This document shows positions 10,027-20,108 of a stretch of DNA of 64,000 nt, piece by piece. The notes under the pieces were generated by a model, which ran no database searches, had not been told where the DNA came from, and worked only from the letters and a program-made list of their open reading frames with translations. Every line of letters begins with the position of its first letter. Positions within the stretch are counted from its first letter, which is position 1. The stretch is from positions 9,611 to 73,610 of the forward strand of contig JABDIN010000022.1 in the NCBI GenBank assembly GCA_013003715.1, given 5' to 3'. The translations under genes were made by a program, and so were the position numbers. The DNA is from Desulfobacteraceae bacterium (GTDB lineage: Bacteria; Desulfobacterota; Desulfobacteria; Desulfobacterales; Desulfosarcinaceae).

Positions 10027-10914
10027 TTAATCTCCATCTTCCGCATTCAATGGTATCAGTAACGAGGGAAACATCGATTTTTCCGTCAGTGATTTGGGGA
10101 TGCTCCCGATCCACCGCTCTTTCCACGCGTCTTTGCCCGAGGTCCCGGTGATGATCATGGTGGCCTGGCATTCCCGGGCGGCCTTTTCAATCTCCGTGGC
10201 ACTGTCGCCAATATAGACATGCGCCCGGGCGTTTATCCCCGCCGCCTCCAGTTCCTCACAGACCTCTTCCAGCTTCCGCCGGCATTCCTTGCGGGTTTTT
10301 TGTACCGCCATAGCGGATGTGCCTTTCAGGCTTTTTTCCTGAACCACATGAATCACATGAACCTCTTTGACGACCCCTTTCAGTTTTTTCAAATAGGCTA
10401 CGGCTTTAGTGCTGGCCGGCATCCAGTCCGTGGCCAGCAGCGGCCTTTCGAAAGGCTCTCCGGAGAATTTTGAATCTTGAGACAAGTGTTTGTAAATCAA
10501 TACAGGCTTGGCGGATCGACGGACGATTTCCGTGACATCCGATCCCGAAAAAAACTGTTCCAGTTTCCCTTGCTTCGGCCGGCCAATGACGATAAGGTCT
10601 ACATCTTCCTTTCCGACAGCTTCGATGACTTTCCGGACAAGACTGCCTACAACGATATAAACCCCCACTTCCATGCCTTGTTCGAATAGGGTCTCGGCCC
10701 AATCGATAAATCGGATATTGGCCTTCTCCCTGAGCCTGATCTCTTCGGACTTCTGGTAGCCGGATCCCCTGCGCATAGCCACTTTTTCTCTTTCGATCAC
10801 GTTGAGGAAAACCACATGGTTCAGAGACGCATTCCTGAGGTTCAACAGGGATTGCAGTGCATCAAACCACAGCTCTTCAAATTTGGTCACGAATAATAAT
10901 TTTTTTATTTCCAT
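10027..10914 (-). CDS. Universal stress protein, tandem UspA domains
   Basis: Two Usp-like halves (KKLLFVTKF...DLIVIGRPKQG... and ...VHVIHVVQEK...ATMIITGTSGKD). 295 aa. Confidence 0.8.
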   Translation of the reverse strand: MEIKKLLFVTKFEELWFDALQSLLNLRNASLNHVVFLNVIEREKVAMRRGSGYQKSEEIRLREKANIRFIDWAETLFEQGMEVGVYIVVGSLVRKVIEAVGKEDVDLIVIGRPKQGKLEQFFSGSDVTEIVRRSAKPVLIYKHLSQDSKFSGEPFERPLLATDWMPASTKAVAYLKKLKGVVKEVHVIHVVQEKSLKGTSAMAVQKTRKECRRKLEEVCEELEAAGINARAHVYIGDSATEIEKAARECQATMIITGTSGKDAWKERWIGSIPKSLTEKSMFPSLLIPLNAEDGD

Positions 10915-11092
10915 GTTATCGACACTCGCGGTTGCGTTGGTTGATCAGATTGAAAGGAAACCAAAAACCATGGCCGAAAAATCCAATTTACATAGTGGGG
11001 TGATCATCCTGCGGCCAGACATCAAAATCGCCGGGAACCAAACGGAACGAATGCCCATTCCTGTGACCTGGGGTTTCCTCAGGCCGATGTCC

Positions 11093-11488
11093 TTATTCGC
11101 CCAGGACCTTTTTAAGGACTTCGGCGAGTTCTTCAGGCTCCACCGGTTTTTCCAGATATATTTCAGGCTCCGGGATTTCATCACCGCCAAACTCCGTCAG
11201 TGCTTTCTGGGAGCGGAGAAAGGTTTTTTTGGCGATACCGGACAGGATAATAACCCGTATGTCCTTCAGTGCCTTGCTGGTTTTAAGCTCACGATACAGC
11301 CGGATACCGCTCTGTTTGGGCATCAGTACATCCAGAATGACAAGATCCGGTTTCTTGTCCTTTAAAATGGCAAGGCCTTCTTCTCCATTGGCGGCCTCAA
11401 TGGGTGTGTAACCATTTTCTTCGCAAACGGTTGTATTGAATAATCTTACATCCGGATCGTCATCAACGACAAGTACGGTTTTCCCCAT
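11093..11488 (-). CDS. Single-domain response regulator (CheY-like receiver)
   Basis: VLVVDDDPDVR ... DLVILDVLMP ... receiver-domain pattern. RBS AGGAGGG. 131 aa. Confidence 0.85.
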   Translation of the reverse strand: MGKTVLVVDDDPDVRLFNTTVCEENGYTPIEAANGEEGLAILKDKKPDLVILDVLMPKQSGIRLYRELKTSKALKDIRVIILSGIAKKTFLRSQKALTEFGGDEIPEPEIYLEKPVEPEELAEVLKKVLGE

Positions 11489-11548
11489 TTGTGTACCCTC
11501 CTGATATTTCTAATTGATTGATCTGGTCGTCTATTGCAATTGTTGTCA

Positions 11549-13069
11549 CTATTCCCGGTTTGTCATTTCATAGGGCAGACGGATGATAAAACGGGTGCCT
11601 TCACCTTCCTCCGATTCGAACTCAATGGTGCCCCTATGTTCTTCAATGAGTTTCCTGGTGACAAGCAACCCCAATCCGGTTCCCTTTGGGCCCTTGGTGC
11701 TGAAAAAGGATGTGAATAATTTTTCCTTGACGTCCTTGTCCATGCCGGAACCGTTATCGATGATCTCAAAACGAATCCGCTGGTCTTCGTCCAGGGCTGT
11801 CGCAACTTTTACATGATGCGATTTCTGCAAACCGTCATCGAAAATGCAGGCGTCAATGGCATTGGAAACGAGGTTCAGCAATCCCCGGTGCAGGATTCGG
11901 GGATCCAGGCGAATCTCACCGATGTCGGGTGAAAATTGTTTCCGGATCTCAATGTCGTAATCGTTGGCATTTTCTTTCAACAATTCGCACACGTCGTCCG
12001 CGATTTCATTGGGCCGGCAAGGCTCGTATTCGACTTCTCTCTCCTTGGAATACGAGAGCAGGTCCAGGACCAGATCCGACGTCCTTGCAATGGTGCGCTG
12101 GATCATCTGCCAGCCGTTTTTTAGCTTATCCGTGTTATTTTTGTCAATGCCGATGTCCACGAGATAACTGCCGCCCTTGAAACCGTGGAGTATGTTTTTT
12201 ATGCAATGCGCCATGCCGGCCACCGTCTGGCCGATGGCTGCCAACCGTTCGGAGTTGACCAATTCTTTTTCCAGCCGCTTGATTTCGCGCAGATCCTGGA
12301 AAAAGGCCACACTTCCAATCATTTGGTTCTTTTCACGCAGGGTGGCACCTGAAAAACGAACGGGTATGGATTCACCGGATTTTGAGATGATATTCATCTC
12401 CTGCCAGGGTATCTCCTCGACACTGTCGGGATGCCTGGCATTTTCTTCTAATATATCAATTGCTTGTTTCGGGAAAAGCGCCCTGATGTCAGTCTTCCCC
12501 GCCGTATCGGCTCTGGAATAGCCGAAAATTTTCTGGGCGCCCGGATTGATGATGACAATGTTCCAATCTTCGTCTGTTGCGACAATACCGTCATTGGAGC
12601 TTCTGATCAATTTGGCCTGGAAATTGGATTTCCGTTCGAATTCTTCGGTGGCGATTTCGCACATGGTTTCCAGGTCATTGGTATAATCTTTCAACTGGCT
12701 GCGGATTTTCAGTTTTTCATGCGCCCGTTTCAACGCAATGGATAATGCTTCGTCCCTTACCGGTTTGTTGATAAAGTCGGATGCACCGAATTGAAGTGCT
12801 TCTATGGCTGAATCTATATCCCCGTGGCCGGTGATGATTATCACTTCCGTATCGGCCCGGCATTCCTTGATGCGGCGTAAGACCTCCAGTCCGTCCATCC
12901 CCGGCATCCGTATATCGGTCAGTATGATGCTCGGTGCTTCGCGCTCGAACAGTTTCAGACCTTCTTTTCCACCAAGAGCGGTGAAAACTTCATATCCGTC
13001 CGCTTTCAGCGACATGGACAACACTCTGAGTATATCCGGTTCATCGTCAATAAGTAATATTTTTGTCAT
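11549..13069 (-). CDS. Hybrid sensor: receiver domain, PAS domain and histidine kinase
   Basis: N-terminal REC (ILLIDDEPDILRVL...TDIRMPGMDG), a PAS segment, an H-box (AAIGQTVAGMAHCIKNILH) and HATPase motifs (DNGSGMD, GTGLGLLV). Starts 11 nt after the upstream kinase stop. Confidence 0.85.
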   Translation of the reverse strand: MTKILLIDDEPDILRVLSMSLKADGYEVFTALGGKEGLKLFEREAPSIILTDIRMPGMDGLEVLRRIKECRADTEVIIITGHGDIDSAIEALQFGASDFINKPVRDEALSIALKRAHEKLKIRSQLKDYTNDLETMCEIATEEFERKSNFQAKLIRSSNDGIVATDEDWNIVIINPGAQKIFGYSRADTAGKTDIRALFPKQAIDILEENARHPDSVEEIPWQEMNIISKSGESIPVRFSGATLREKNQMIGSVAFFQDLREIKRLEKELVNSERLAAIGQTVAGMAHCIKNILHGFKGGSYLVDIGIDKNNTDKLKNGWQMIQRTIARTSDLVLDLLSYSKEREVEYEPCRPNEIADDVCELLKENANDYDIEIRKQFSPDIGEIRLDPRILHRGLLNLVSNAIDACIFDDGLQKSHHVKVATALDEDQRIRFEIIDNGSGMDKDVKEKLFTSFFSTKGPKGTGLGLLVTRKLIEEHRGTIEFESEEGEGTRFIIRLPYEMTNRE

Positions 13070-13080
13070 GGGTCCTATTT

Positions 13081-16053
13081 TCAGATCTCTATTGCGGGGA
13101 AGCGAAGGCCGAAACAGGTTCCCTTGCCCGGTTCACTGGTAATTTCGATTTTACCATCGTAATCCTTGATAATGCCATAGCTGATGCTGACCCCCAATCC
13201 GGTTCCCTTCCCGACCTCTTTTGTCGTGAAAAACGGCTCGAAGATTTTATCCATGGTCTCTCTGGTCATCCCGATACCATTGTCCTTAACCGTTACGATC
13301 ACCTGATGGTTCTCCATGTAGGATTTAATGGATAATCTTTTTTGCCATTCAGGTAACGTTTCGGTTCTGGATCGTTCATCCATGGCATCGATGGCATTGG
13401 TCACCAGATTTATAAATACCTGTTCGAGGCGGTTGTGCTCTGCAAGGATGGGTGCAATGTCCGGGTCCAGGTCCATCGTCAACTCAACCCGATGGGCCTT
13501 CACCTGATGTCCCAGCACTTTAAAAACGTCCCGAATCGGTTCGTTGATATTGATCCGGTTTCGAATGACTTCAGACTGTCGGGCAAAATCACGCATGTGC
13601 CGTATAATCCCCGTGGCGCGCTGAACATTGCTATTGATATCATCAATCAATGTTCGCAAATCTTTTTCCCCGATGTCATGTCCTTTATTAATCATTTTTA
13701 AAAAATAATCTGAACATACCTGAATAACATTCAGGGGTTGATTGATTTCATGGGCGATACCCGCCGCCATCTGACCCAATGTGGTCATTTTACTGGCTTG
13801 AATCAATTGGGTCTCTTTTTCCACTGTTTCACTGATGTCCGTCGTCGTGGCTATAAACACATCCTTGTCTCCGCTTGACGTCCTTGAGACATTTATATTC
13901 ACATAAAAAGATTGTCCGTTTCGGCGGCGGTGCTTTTTTTTGGTGAACAGAATGGATTGGTCGCCGGAAATGGTATCCAGGCGTTTCTTCAATTCGACAT
14001 CGGTCTCGTGCCCCAGATTCAGAAAAGTCATGTCCAGAAATTCGGAGCGGGTATACTGGTAACAGTCTCTCGCTCTTTTGTTGATGTCCAGGATCTTTAA
14101 AGAATTGGTGCTGATGATAAAGATCGGGTTAGGATCGTTGTCAAACAGTGAACGGTATTTTTTTTCCGATTTTATATATCGACTGTGCAGCAGCGAGTTC
14201 TCAATGGCCACACCGATGCGGTTACCGATCAATTCCAGTATGTTTTTCCCTTCAATTGAGAAGTGGTTCGGATGCCGGCTGCCGATCCGGATTATCCCCA
14301 GGACGTCATTCTCCTTGCTGCTCACCGGGACGTATGCCAAAGACTTCAATCCCTCACGCCTGTCAAGGCCGATGTCGACATTGTCCGATTCGGATAAATT
14401 TTCAAATATGATCACTTCGTTTTTTTCCGCGATCCTGTGGATAATGCTCCTGCTGTCTGCCGATTCGAATTTTCGCCGGGAACTATCACCTGGCCCGTGG
14501 TTGACCTCGAGTCTGAAGCTACTGTCTTCCTGGCGAAGAAAGATACAGATACTGTCCGCCGCCAGAATGTTCGATATTTCGCCTACGGCGGCCTTCAGTC
14601 TCAGATCAAGGTCCAGGGAGGTGTTCAATGCAGTGTAAATGGAACAAAGTCCAGCGAGTTCGGTATAGTGACGCTCCCGTTCCTCCTCGGCTTTTTTATA
14701 TTCCGTCCGGTCCCAGAGGGTTTCCACCGCACCGATGATGTCACCCTGGGGTGATATGATGGGCGCTGCGGTAAAAAAACACCATTTCCCGTTTAATCCC
14801 AGTTTCGGGAAAAACTCTTCGGCTTCGTAGGCGCCCTCGATCAAAGGTGATTTCCGCCAATTCCGATATAGATTTTGAATCTCGCCTTCATCCAGTTGAT
14901 CGAGCACCACGTCGGCCATGGCAGGCCTTTCATTGTCCCAGAACGGCAGCCATTGCCTACGGGTTCCCACCATTTCTCCTGAAAGATAACCGGATAAATT
15001 TTCGAGTGCCTTGTTCCAATGGGTAACGATATGATCCTGATTGACGACGAACGTGGCCACCGTACTCCCCTGGATGATCTGGGCCATGGCCCTTTCGCTC
15101 TCGGCGAGTTCCTGGGTATGGCATTCACGTTCCTCCTCGGCTTTCTTGTCCTCTGTCCTGTCCCACAACGTTTCGATGGCGCCTACGATCCGCCCATCAT
15201 TCACCCGGATCGGCGCCGCCGTAAAAAATAGCCATTTGCCGTTATCGCCGAGATTCGAGAAATACTCCTCCGCCTCGTATGCACCGTCAATGAGAGAGGA
15301 TTTTTTCCATTTTGTGCCATAATAATGCCATACTTTTTCTTCATCGACACCATCGAGTATGAGGTCGGCCATTATGGGCCGTGCTTGCTCCCTGAATGGC
15401 TTCCAATGTTGATCCGTACCGACGATCTCATCCGCCTTATACCCGGTGAGCACCTCGCAGGCTTTGTTCCAGTGCGTGACCATGTGATTGCTGTTGATGA
15501 CAAAGGTTGGGATGGTACTGCCCTGAACGATTTGGGCCATGGCTCTTTCGCTGGCCATCAGATCGTTACGAATTTTCTTCGAGTCGGTATTTCTCTGTTC
15601 AGCGATGGACAATATGTATTGCCAGAACTTCTCGAATTCACCTCCGAGGGCCCGATTATCCAATACATTGCTCTCTATTTTTTTGAGGACGTTTTTTTTT
15701 TCTCGCTCGATCCTGAGGTAGTCAACAATCGTACGGGCTTCATAATGATCTAAAAAATCAACACCGTGTGGGATGACTTTCTTTATTCTTTCGCTGAGAA
15801 GATGATTATCAGTGGTGTCAATGATCAGTTCTACTTCATCATGAGAGCATAGTTTGTTATAGTCGGTGGTGGTGGAAATGCCCAGTTCACGGGCAAAGTG
15901 ACAGCAGTCCGTATCCGGATCGCTATCCGCAATGCCCAGTAAATTGGGTATCGGATTAATATGTTCTGAAATATACAACAATTCGATGAGATGTCTGCAA
16001 AGTATCCCTCCGCCTATAATGCCGATTTTAGAATTTCTCAGACGGTTGATCAT
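13081..16053 (-). CDS. Large cytoplasmic sensor histidine kinase (Rossmann-like N-terminus, duplicated PAS modules, GAF, PAS, HisKA-HATPase)
   Basis: 990 aa with no obvious TM helices. KIGIIGGG glycine-rich start. Two roughly 140-aa PAS-like repeats, a GAF-like middle, an H-box (MAAGIAHEINQPLN) and HATPase motifs (DNGIGM, GTGLGVSISYGI). Confidence 0.85.
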   Translation of the reverse strand: MINRLRNSKIGIIGGGILCRHLIELLYISEHINPIPNLLGIADSDPDTDCCHFARELGISTTTDYNKLCSHDEVELIIDTTDNHLLSERIKKVIPHGVDFLDHYEARTIVDYLRIEREKKNVLKKIESNVLDNRALGGEFEKFWQYILSIAEQRNTDSKKIRNDLMASERAMAQIVQGSTIPTFVINSNHMVTHWNKACEVLTGYKADEIVGTDQHWKPFREQARPIMADLILDGVDEEKVWHYYGTKWKKSSLIDGAYEAEEYFSNLGDNGKWLFFTAAPIRVNDGRIVGAIETLWDRTEDKKAEEERECHTQELAESERAMAQIIQGSTVATFVVNQDHIVTHWNKALENLSGYLSGEMVGTRRQWLPFWDNERPAMADVVLDQLDEGEIQNLYRNWRKSPLIEGAYEAEEFFPKLGLNGKWCFFTAAPIISPQGDIIGAVETLWDRTEYKKAEEERERHYTELAGLCSIYTALNTSLDLDLRLKAAVGEISNILAADSICIFLRQEDSSFRLEVNHGPGDSSRRKFESADSRSIIHRIAEKNEVIIFENLSESDNVDIGLDRREGLKSLAYVPVSSKENDVLGIIRIGSRHPNHFSIEGKNILELIGNRIGVAIENSLLHSRYIKSEKKYRSLFDNDPNPIFIISTNSLKILDINKRARDCYQYTRSEFLDMTFLNLGHETDVELKKRLDTISGDQSILFTKKKHRRRNGQSFYVNINVSRTSSGDKDVFIATTTDISETVEKETQLIQASKMTTLGQMAAGIAHEINQPLNVIQVCSDYFLKMINKGHDIGEKDLRTLIDDINSNVQRATGIIRHMRDFARQSEVIRNRININEPIRDVFKVLGHQVKAHRVELTMDLDPDIAPILAEHNRLEQVFINLVTNAIDAMDERSRTETLPEWQKRLSIKSYMENHQVIVTVKDNGIGMTRETMDKIFEPFFTTKEVGKGTGLGVSISYGIIKDYDGKIEITSEPGKGTCFGLRFPAIEI
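14674..15552 (-). repeat. In-gene tandem duplication of a PAS-type module (two units of about 426-429 nt)
   Basis: aa 168-310 (ERAMAQIVQGSTIPTFVINSNHMVTHWNKA...GAYEAEEYF...FFTAAPI...ETLWDRTEDKKAEEERE) and aa 319-460 (ERAMAQIIQGSTVATFVVNQDHIVTHWNKA...GAYEAEEFF...FFTAAPI...ETLWDRTEYKKAEEERE) are collinear and highly similar. Confidence 0.85.
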
Positions 16054-16109
16054 GTCAATGCCAATTAGTGTCGGATATAGTACTCATTCTCAGAATGATA
16101 CAACCCGGA

Positions 16110-17690
16110 TTAAAAGAATACAATGGTCACCAGAATAAACGGCGGTAACAGGAATATTATACTGAATTTCAGAATATACCCGAAAAAACTGGGCATGGGC
16201 GTACCGGCTTCTTCGGATATGGACCTCACCATAAAATTGGGGGCATTGCCGATGTAACTGCACGCACCAAAAAATACAGCCCCGGCGGAGATTGCTTTGA
16301 GGTAAATGCTACCCTCACCCATAAGCTGTGGAACGGCCTCAGCTTCCGGCATCCCCGGATAAAAGCTACCCAGGGCCGTATTGAAAAACGTAAGATAGGT
16401 GGGGGCATTATCCAGAAAACTGGACAGGGTGCCCGTCACCCAGAAATAGTGACGGGGTTCTTTAACCGCGTCGATTAAAATCGCCAGGGCGCCTTGTGAT
16501 CCGGCCTTGAGGATCAGGAGGCAGGGGATCATGGTGATAAAGATGCCGATAAAAAGATAGGCGACTTCAATAATCGGGAACCAGGTGAAATCATTGTCTT
16601 CACGCAGCAGTCTCGGTGTCACCGCCAGGGACAGGATTCCCATTAAAATGAGCAAACCGTCACGGACCCAATCCTGGATGGCGCGATGGACACCAAAGGT
16701 ATTGATTTCTCCCCAATCCACAACCCCGCTCATCAGGACGGCGCCGACCACACCGGCGAGAAAAAGGAAATTGTAGGTGCCTTCGAGTTTAAGAGACGCA
16801 GTGGTATTCGTTTGGGGATCCTTGCCGGGGTTGGATGCCGCAGCCTTCACTTCATCGATTTGCTGAAGGTGATCAGCCTTCTCCTTTCGGTAATAATATG
16901 TATCCATGATGAAGTACATGCCGAGCAAAATGATGGTGACGAACAACATGTGGGGGAAAAGGTTAAAGGTCCAGAAAAAACTGACACCATGTAAAAACCC
17001 CAGAAATAACGGCGGGTCGCCCAGCGGCGTCAGGGAGCCGCCGACATTGGCCACCAGAAAGATAAAAAACACCACCATGAACGTCCGGTTTTTACGATGA
17101 CTGTTGGCGCGCAGGAACGGGCGGATCATCAGCATGGCAGCACCGGTGGTTCCCATCCAGGAGGCCAGGATCGTGCCGATGGTCAACATGATGACGTTCA
17201 CCACCGGTGTGCCCGTCAGACTGCCCCTGAGCAGAATACCCCCTGATACCGTGTACAAAGACCATAACAAAATTATAAACGGCACATAATCCGCGAGAAT
17301 GATATGGATGATTTCATAGAGGGCCACACCTTTGAAAGCGAACAGAAATGGCAGGCCGAGACTCAATGCCCAGAACGCGGATATTTTACCGAAATGATGA
17401 TGCCAGAAATCCGGAAAAATCAGCGGAAACAATGCAATGGACAGCAGCATGCAGGCAAAGGGGATGCAGCTCCACAGCGGAAGGGATTCACCGAGGTTGG
17501 GGTGACCCGCACCATGGGCATCGTGCGGATCCGTCGACACCGAATGGGCTGTATCCGTATCACCGGTGACGTGATCCGGTGAGGATGCAGGGGAGGAGGT
17601 GTTGTGAGATGTGGATTTTTCGGCAGATACCGACACCGCCGGCACGAGGAGCAAAACAATGATGAAGCCAGTCATCAGGTGACGTATCAT
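16110..17690 (-). CDS. ArsB/NhaD-superfamily ion transporter (putative Na+/H+ antiporter) with signal peptide and His-rich N-terminal segment
   Basis: Polytopic membrane protein, 526 aa, RBS AGGAGA. The N-terminus MIRHLMTGFIIVLLLVPAVSVSA is followed by a Ser/His/Asp-rich stretch. The family call rests on overall pattern only. Confidence 0.6.
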   Translation of the reverse strand: MIRHLMTGFIIVLLLVPAVSVSAEKSTSHNTSSPASSPDHVTGDTDTAHSVSTDPHDAHGAGHPNLGESLPLWSCIPFACMLLSIALFPLIFPDFWHHHFGKISAFWALSLGLPFLFAFKGVALYEIIHIILADYVPFIILLWSLYTVSGGILLRGSLTGTPVVNVIMLTIGTILASWMGTTGAAMLMIRPFLRANSHRKNRTFMVVFFIFLVANVGGSLTPLGDPPLFLGFLHGVSFFWTFNLFPHMLFVTIILLGMYFIMDTYYYRKEKADHLQQIDEVKAAASNPGKDPQTNTTASLKLEGTYNFLFLAGVVGAVLMSGVVDWGEINTFGVHRAIQDWVRDGLLILMGILSLAVTPRLLREDNDFTWFPIIEVAYLFIGIFITMIPCLLILKAGSQGALAILIDAVKEPRHYFWVTGTLSSFLDNAPTYLTFFNTALGSFYPGMPEAEAVPQLMGEGSIYLKAISAGAVFFGACSYIGNAPNFMVRSISEEAGTPMPSFFGYILKFSIIFLLPPFILVTIVFF

Positions 17691-18031
17691 TAGGCAGTCT
17701 CCTATTCAGTCTAACGGATGATACGATTTACACACCAGGTCCGAATCAACGCCGCATGCGGATGCATGAAAAGTGTCGCCCGGTCTTAATGGTAAAGTCC
17801 CTTTGGATCGATTTGAGGGTACCCGTTCCGGTATACACATGTGAATGAATCGTATTTATTTTATGTGAATTGATGCATATAGTGAATTTCATTGATAAGT
17901 CAACACGAATATAGTTTGATTTTTTTTCCAACCCTTATTCAGATAAATGTTGCAATGTGGTTTCTTTTTTGATTAGTAATCTTTCTTTCATTGACATTTC
18001 AAGTTAACCCGCTTCCCTTCTTTATCGAGAT

Positions 18032-19060
18032 ATGCGTGAATTTGTAAATAAAATTTCCGGGATTATTCAAAAAAGCGGACTGAAATTAAACCGCATCAGC
18101 AAAGCATCGGGTATTTCACATACTTATCTCACCAAGCTTGTCCATGGCAACATCAACAGGCCGGGTAAGGATAAAATCGCTTCAATTCTGCTGGCCATGA
18201 ACTACTCCATCGGTGAGATCAACGCTGTTCTGGCCGAATACGATTATCGCTCGCTCAACGGGTTGGATATCCCCAGCATTCTTGTGAACAACCGAAGACG
18301 TAAAATAGAAGGCAACACCTTATCCCTTTACGACAGTATCCACATGCGGCTGCTGCTCTCGCCCCTGGAATGCATCGGTGGCACCAAGATCATGATAAAG
18401 GGCTTCCCTACGGTGTTGTTCATGCCGGAACAGCTTTACATGAAAGAGGACGAGGGCCTGATTGAAAACGATAAGGTGGCCTGGGATTTTCGTATGGAGC
18501 TGACGCGCGCCATTTTCAGGGAGCGCCGGCAAAATTTCGCTGACTGGCGCAAAGCGGGCAACCGGTCCGAAACATATATGTGCAGAAAATGTTTCTCCGA
18601 CTTTCTCAAGCGCAACCTCGCAGAAACGGCAAGAAAAGACGCAACCGGCCACCGGGATCTGATGGTCCAGTTCTTTGTCAATGTCATCGTGACACTGATC
18701 AGGGAGCCGGATCAACATATTATCAGAATCGTCGAACTCTGCCCCTATTTTGATTTTTTCATTCAGGACGCCGAAGGCGATAATTCAAAACTATTTTTTA
18801 TCGGACGCAAATATCATGAGTTCAAACACACCCACCCTAAAATGGAGCTCCAGGGGTTTACCTCCGATTCCGCTGTCATGATCGACTTGTTTGCCAAGGA
18901 GACCGAAATGTGCCGTCTCTCTGCAGATGAAAACCTGGCCGGTGATTATCCGTTCAAACTTGTCGACTACTTTTACCGTGAATTTGAAGCGTATGGGCTA
19001 GGCGACACGCTCAGGGCGGCAGTGGATCTGCGTATTAAAAGTGTGTCTTCCCATAATTGA
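18032..19060 (+). CDS. HTH (XRE-like) domain protein of unknown function
   Basis: N-terminal helix-turn-helix-like segment (LNRISKASGISHTYLTKLVHGN). The remaining ~270 aa has no recognised motif. Sits after a 340-bp AT-rich intergenic region. Confidence 0.55.
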   Translation: MREFVNKISGIIQKSGLKLNRISKASGISHTYLTKLVHGNINRPGKDKIASILLAMNYSIGEINAVLAEYDYRSLNGLDIPSILVNNRRRKIEGNTLSLYDSIHMRLLLSPLECIGGTKIMIKGFPTVLFMPEQLYMKEDEGLIENDKVAWDFRMELTRAIFRERRQNFADWRKAGNRSETYMCRKCFSDFLKRNLAETARKDATGHRDLMVQFFVNVIVTLIREPDQHIIRIVELCPYFDFFIQDAEGDNSKLFFIGRKYHEFKHTHPKMELQGFTSDSAVMIDLFAKETEMCRLSADENLAGDYPFKLVDYFYREFEAYGLGDTLRAAVDLRIKSVSSHN

Positions 19061-19118
19061 GATGGCGGCGCCTTCGACCTCCTAATCAATGATACCGGCC
19101 AATGATATACCGGTTCAT

Positions 19119-20108
19119 TTAGAACTCGGTTTTAGCCACTTCCGCCACATTATGGCAGGCCACATGACGATTTGATATTTCTAAAAACTCAGGCACTCTT
19201 TCCTCGCATATGCCGGTGGCATAAACACACCGGCGATGAAATGTACAACCCGGGGGGGGATTGAGCGGGGAGGGAAGCTCGCCCTGCAATCTGATCCTGC
19301 TCTTTCGTTCGCCTATGGCGACTTTCGGTGTGGATGCCAGCAAGGCACGGGTATAAGGATGCAGGGGATTTTTAAAGATGATCTCTTTTTCACCTTGCTC
19401 CACCGGGCATCCCAGGTACATTACCATCAATTCATCGGCAATGTGGCGCACCACACTCAAATCATGGGAGATGAACAGGTATGCGAGGTTCATCTCGTCC
19501 TGGAGATCCATCAGCAGGTTTAATGCCTGGGCCTGAACCGATACATCCAGAGCGGAAACCGGTTCGTCGGCCACCACCAGTGCGGGCTTGAGCATCAGGG
19601 CCCTGGCCACGGCTATGCGCTGACGTTGGCCCCCTGAAAACATATGCGGGTATCTGTTATATTGTTCCCGGCTCAACCCCACTTTTGCCATCATCTCGAT
19701 GGCCTGGTCGCGTCGTTCGGCAGCCGTGAAAGTGGTATTAATTTTCAATGGCTCTTCCAGTATCGCCCCCACTTTTTTTCTCGGATTCAAAGAGCCGTAG
19801 GGATCCTGAAAGACGATCTGAATGTATTTTCTGATCTTTTTCCGCAGGGCACGATCCGTTGTGGTACCATCCATTCCCTTTATCTGAAACGTCCCGGATG
19901 TCGGTGGTTCAATCATGGTCACCAGCCGCGCCAGGGTAGATTTGCCGCAACCTGATTCACCAACTACGGCAAGGGTCTGCCCCGCTCCGATAGAAAAAGA
20001 AACTCCGTCCAGAGCCTTCAAGGTCATGGATGGTTTAAAAAACCCTTCCTTCTTTACCTTGTAGTAGCGTCTCAGTTTATCCGCGGTGATAATGGCTCCG
20101 TTACTCAT
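19119..20108 (-). CDS. dppF: Dipeptide ABC transporter ATP-binding protein DppF
   Basis: Walker [10 protein letters not shown], signature FSGGQRQR, Walker [12 protein letters not shown], and a C-terminal Cys motif (CTFHRRC...C...C). I choose the ATG at 20108 ([10 protein letters not shown]...), which overlaps the dppD stop as ATGAGTAA. The ORF-track extension to 20267 is rejected. Confidence 0.85.
   Translation of the reverse strand: MSNGAIITADKLRRYYKVKKEGFFKPSMTLKALDGVSFSIGAGQTLAVVGESGCGKSTLARLVTMIEPPTSGTFQIKGMDGTTTDRALRKKIRKYIQIVFQDPYGSLNPRKKVGAILEEPLKINTTFTAAERRDQAIEMMAKVGLSREQYNRYPHMFSGGQRQRIAVARALMLKPALVVADEPVSALDVSVQAQALNLLMDLQDEMNLAYLFISHDLSVVRHIADELMVMYLGCPVEQGEKEIIFKNPLHPYTRALLASTPKVAIGERKSRIRLQGELPSPLNPPPGCTFHRRCVYATGICEERVPEFLEISNRHVACHNVAEVAKTEF

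Noticed and set aside
9887-10171. A 95-aa N-terminal extension of the cytidylate-kinase-like gene. The same problem affects dppF (20109-20267), dppA (24666-24713), the rhodanese gene (48836-48922), the octaheme gene (50088-50234), the GNAT gene (43903-44256) and the M55 gene (54143-54205).
   Set aside because: The extensions overlap neighbouring genes or repeats, lack protein-like composition, and sit upstream of internal ATGs that have good SD sequences followed by signal peptides or conserved N-termini.
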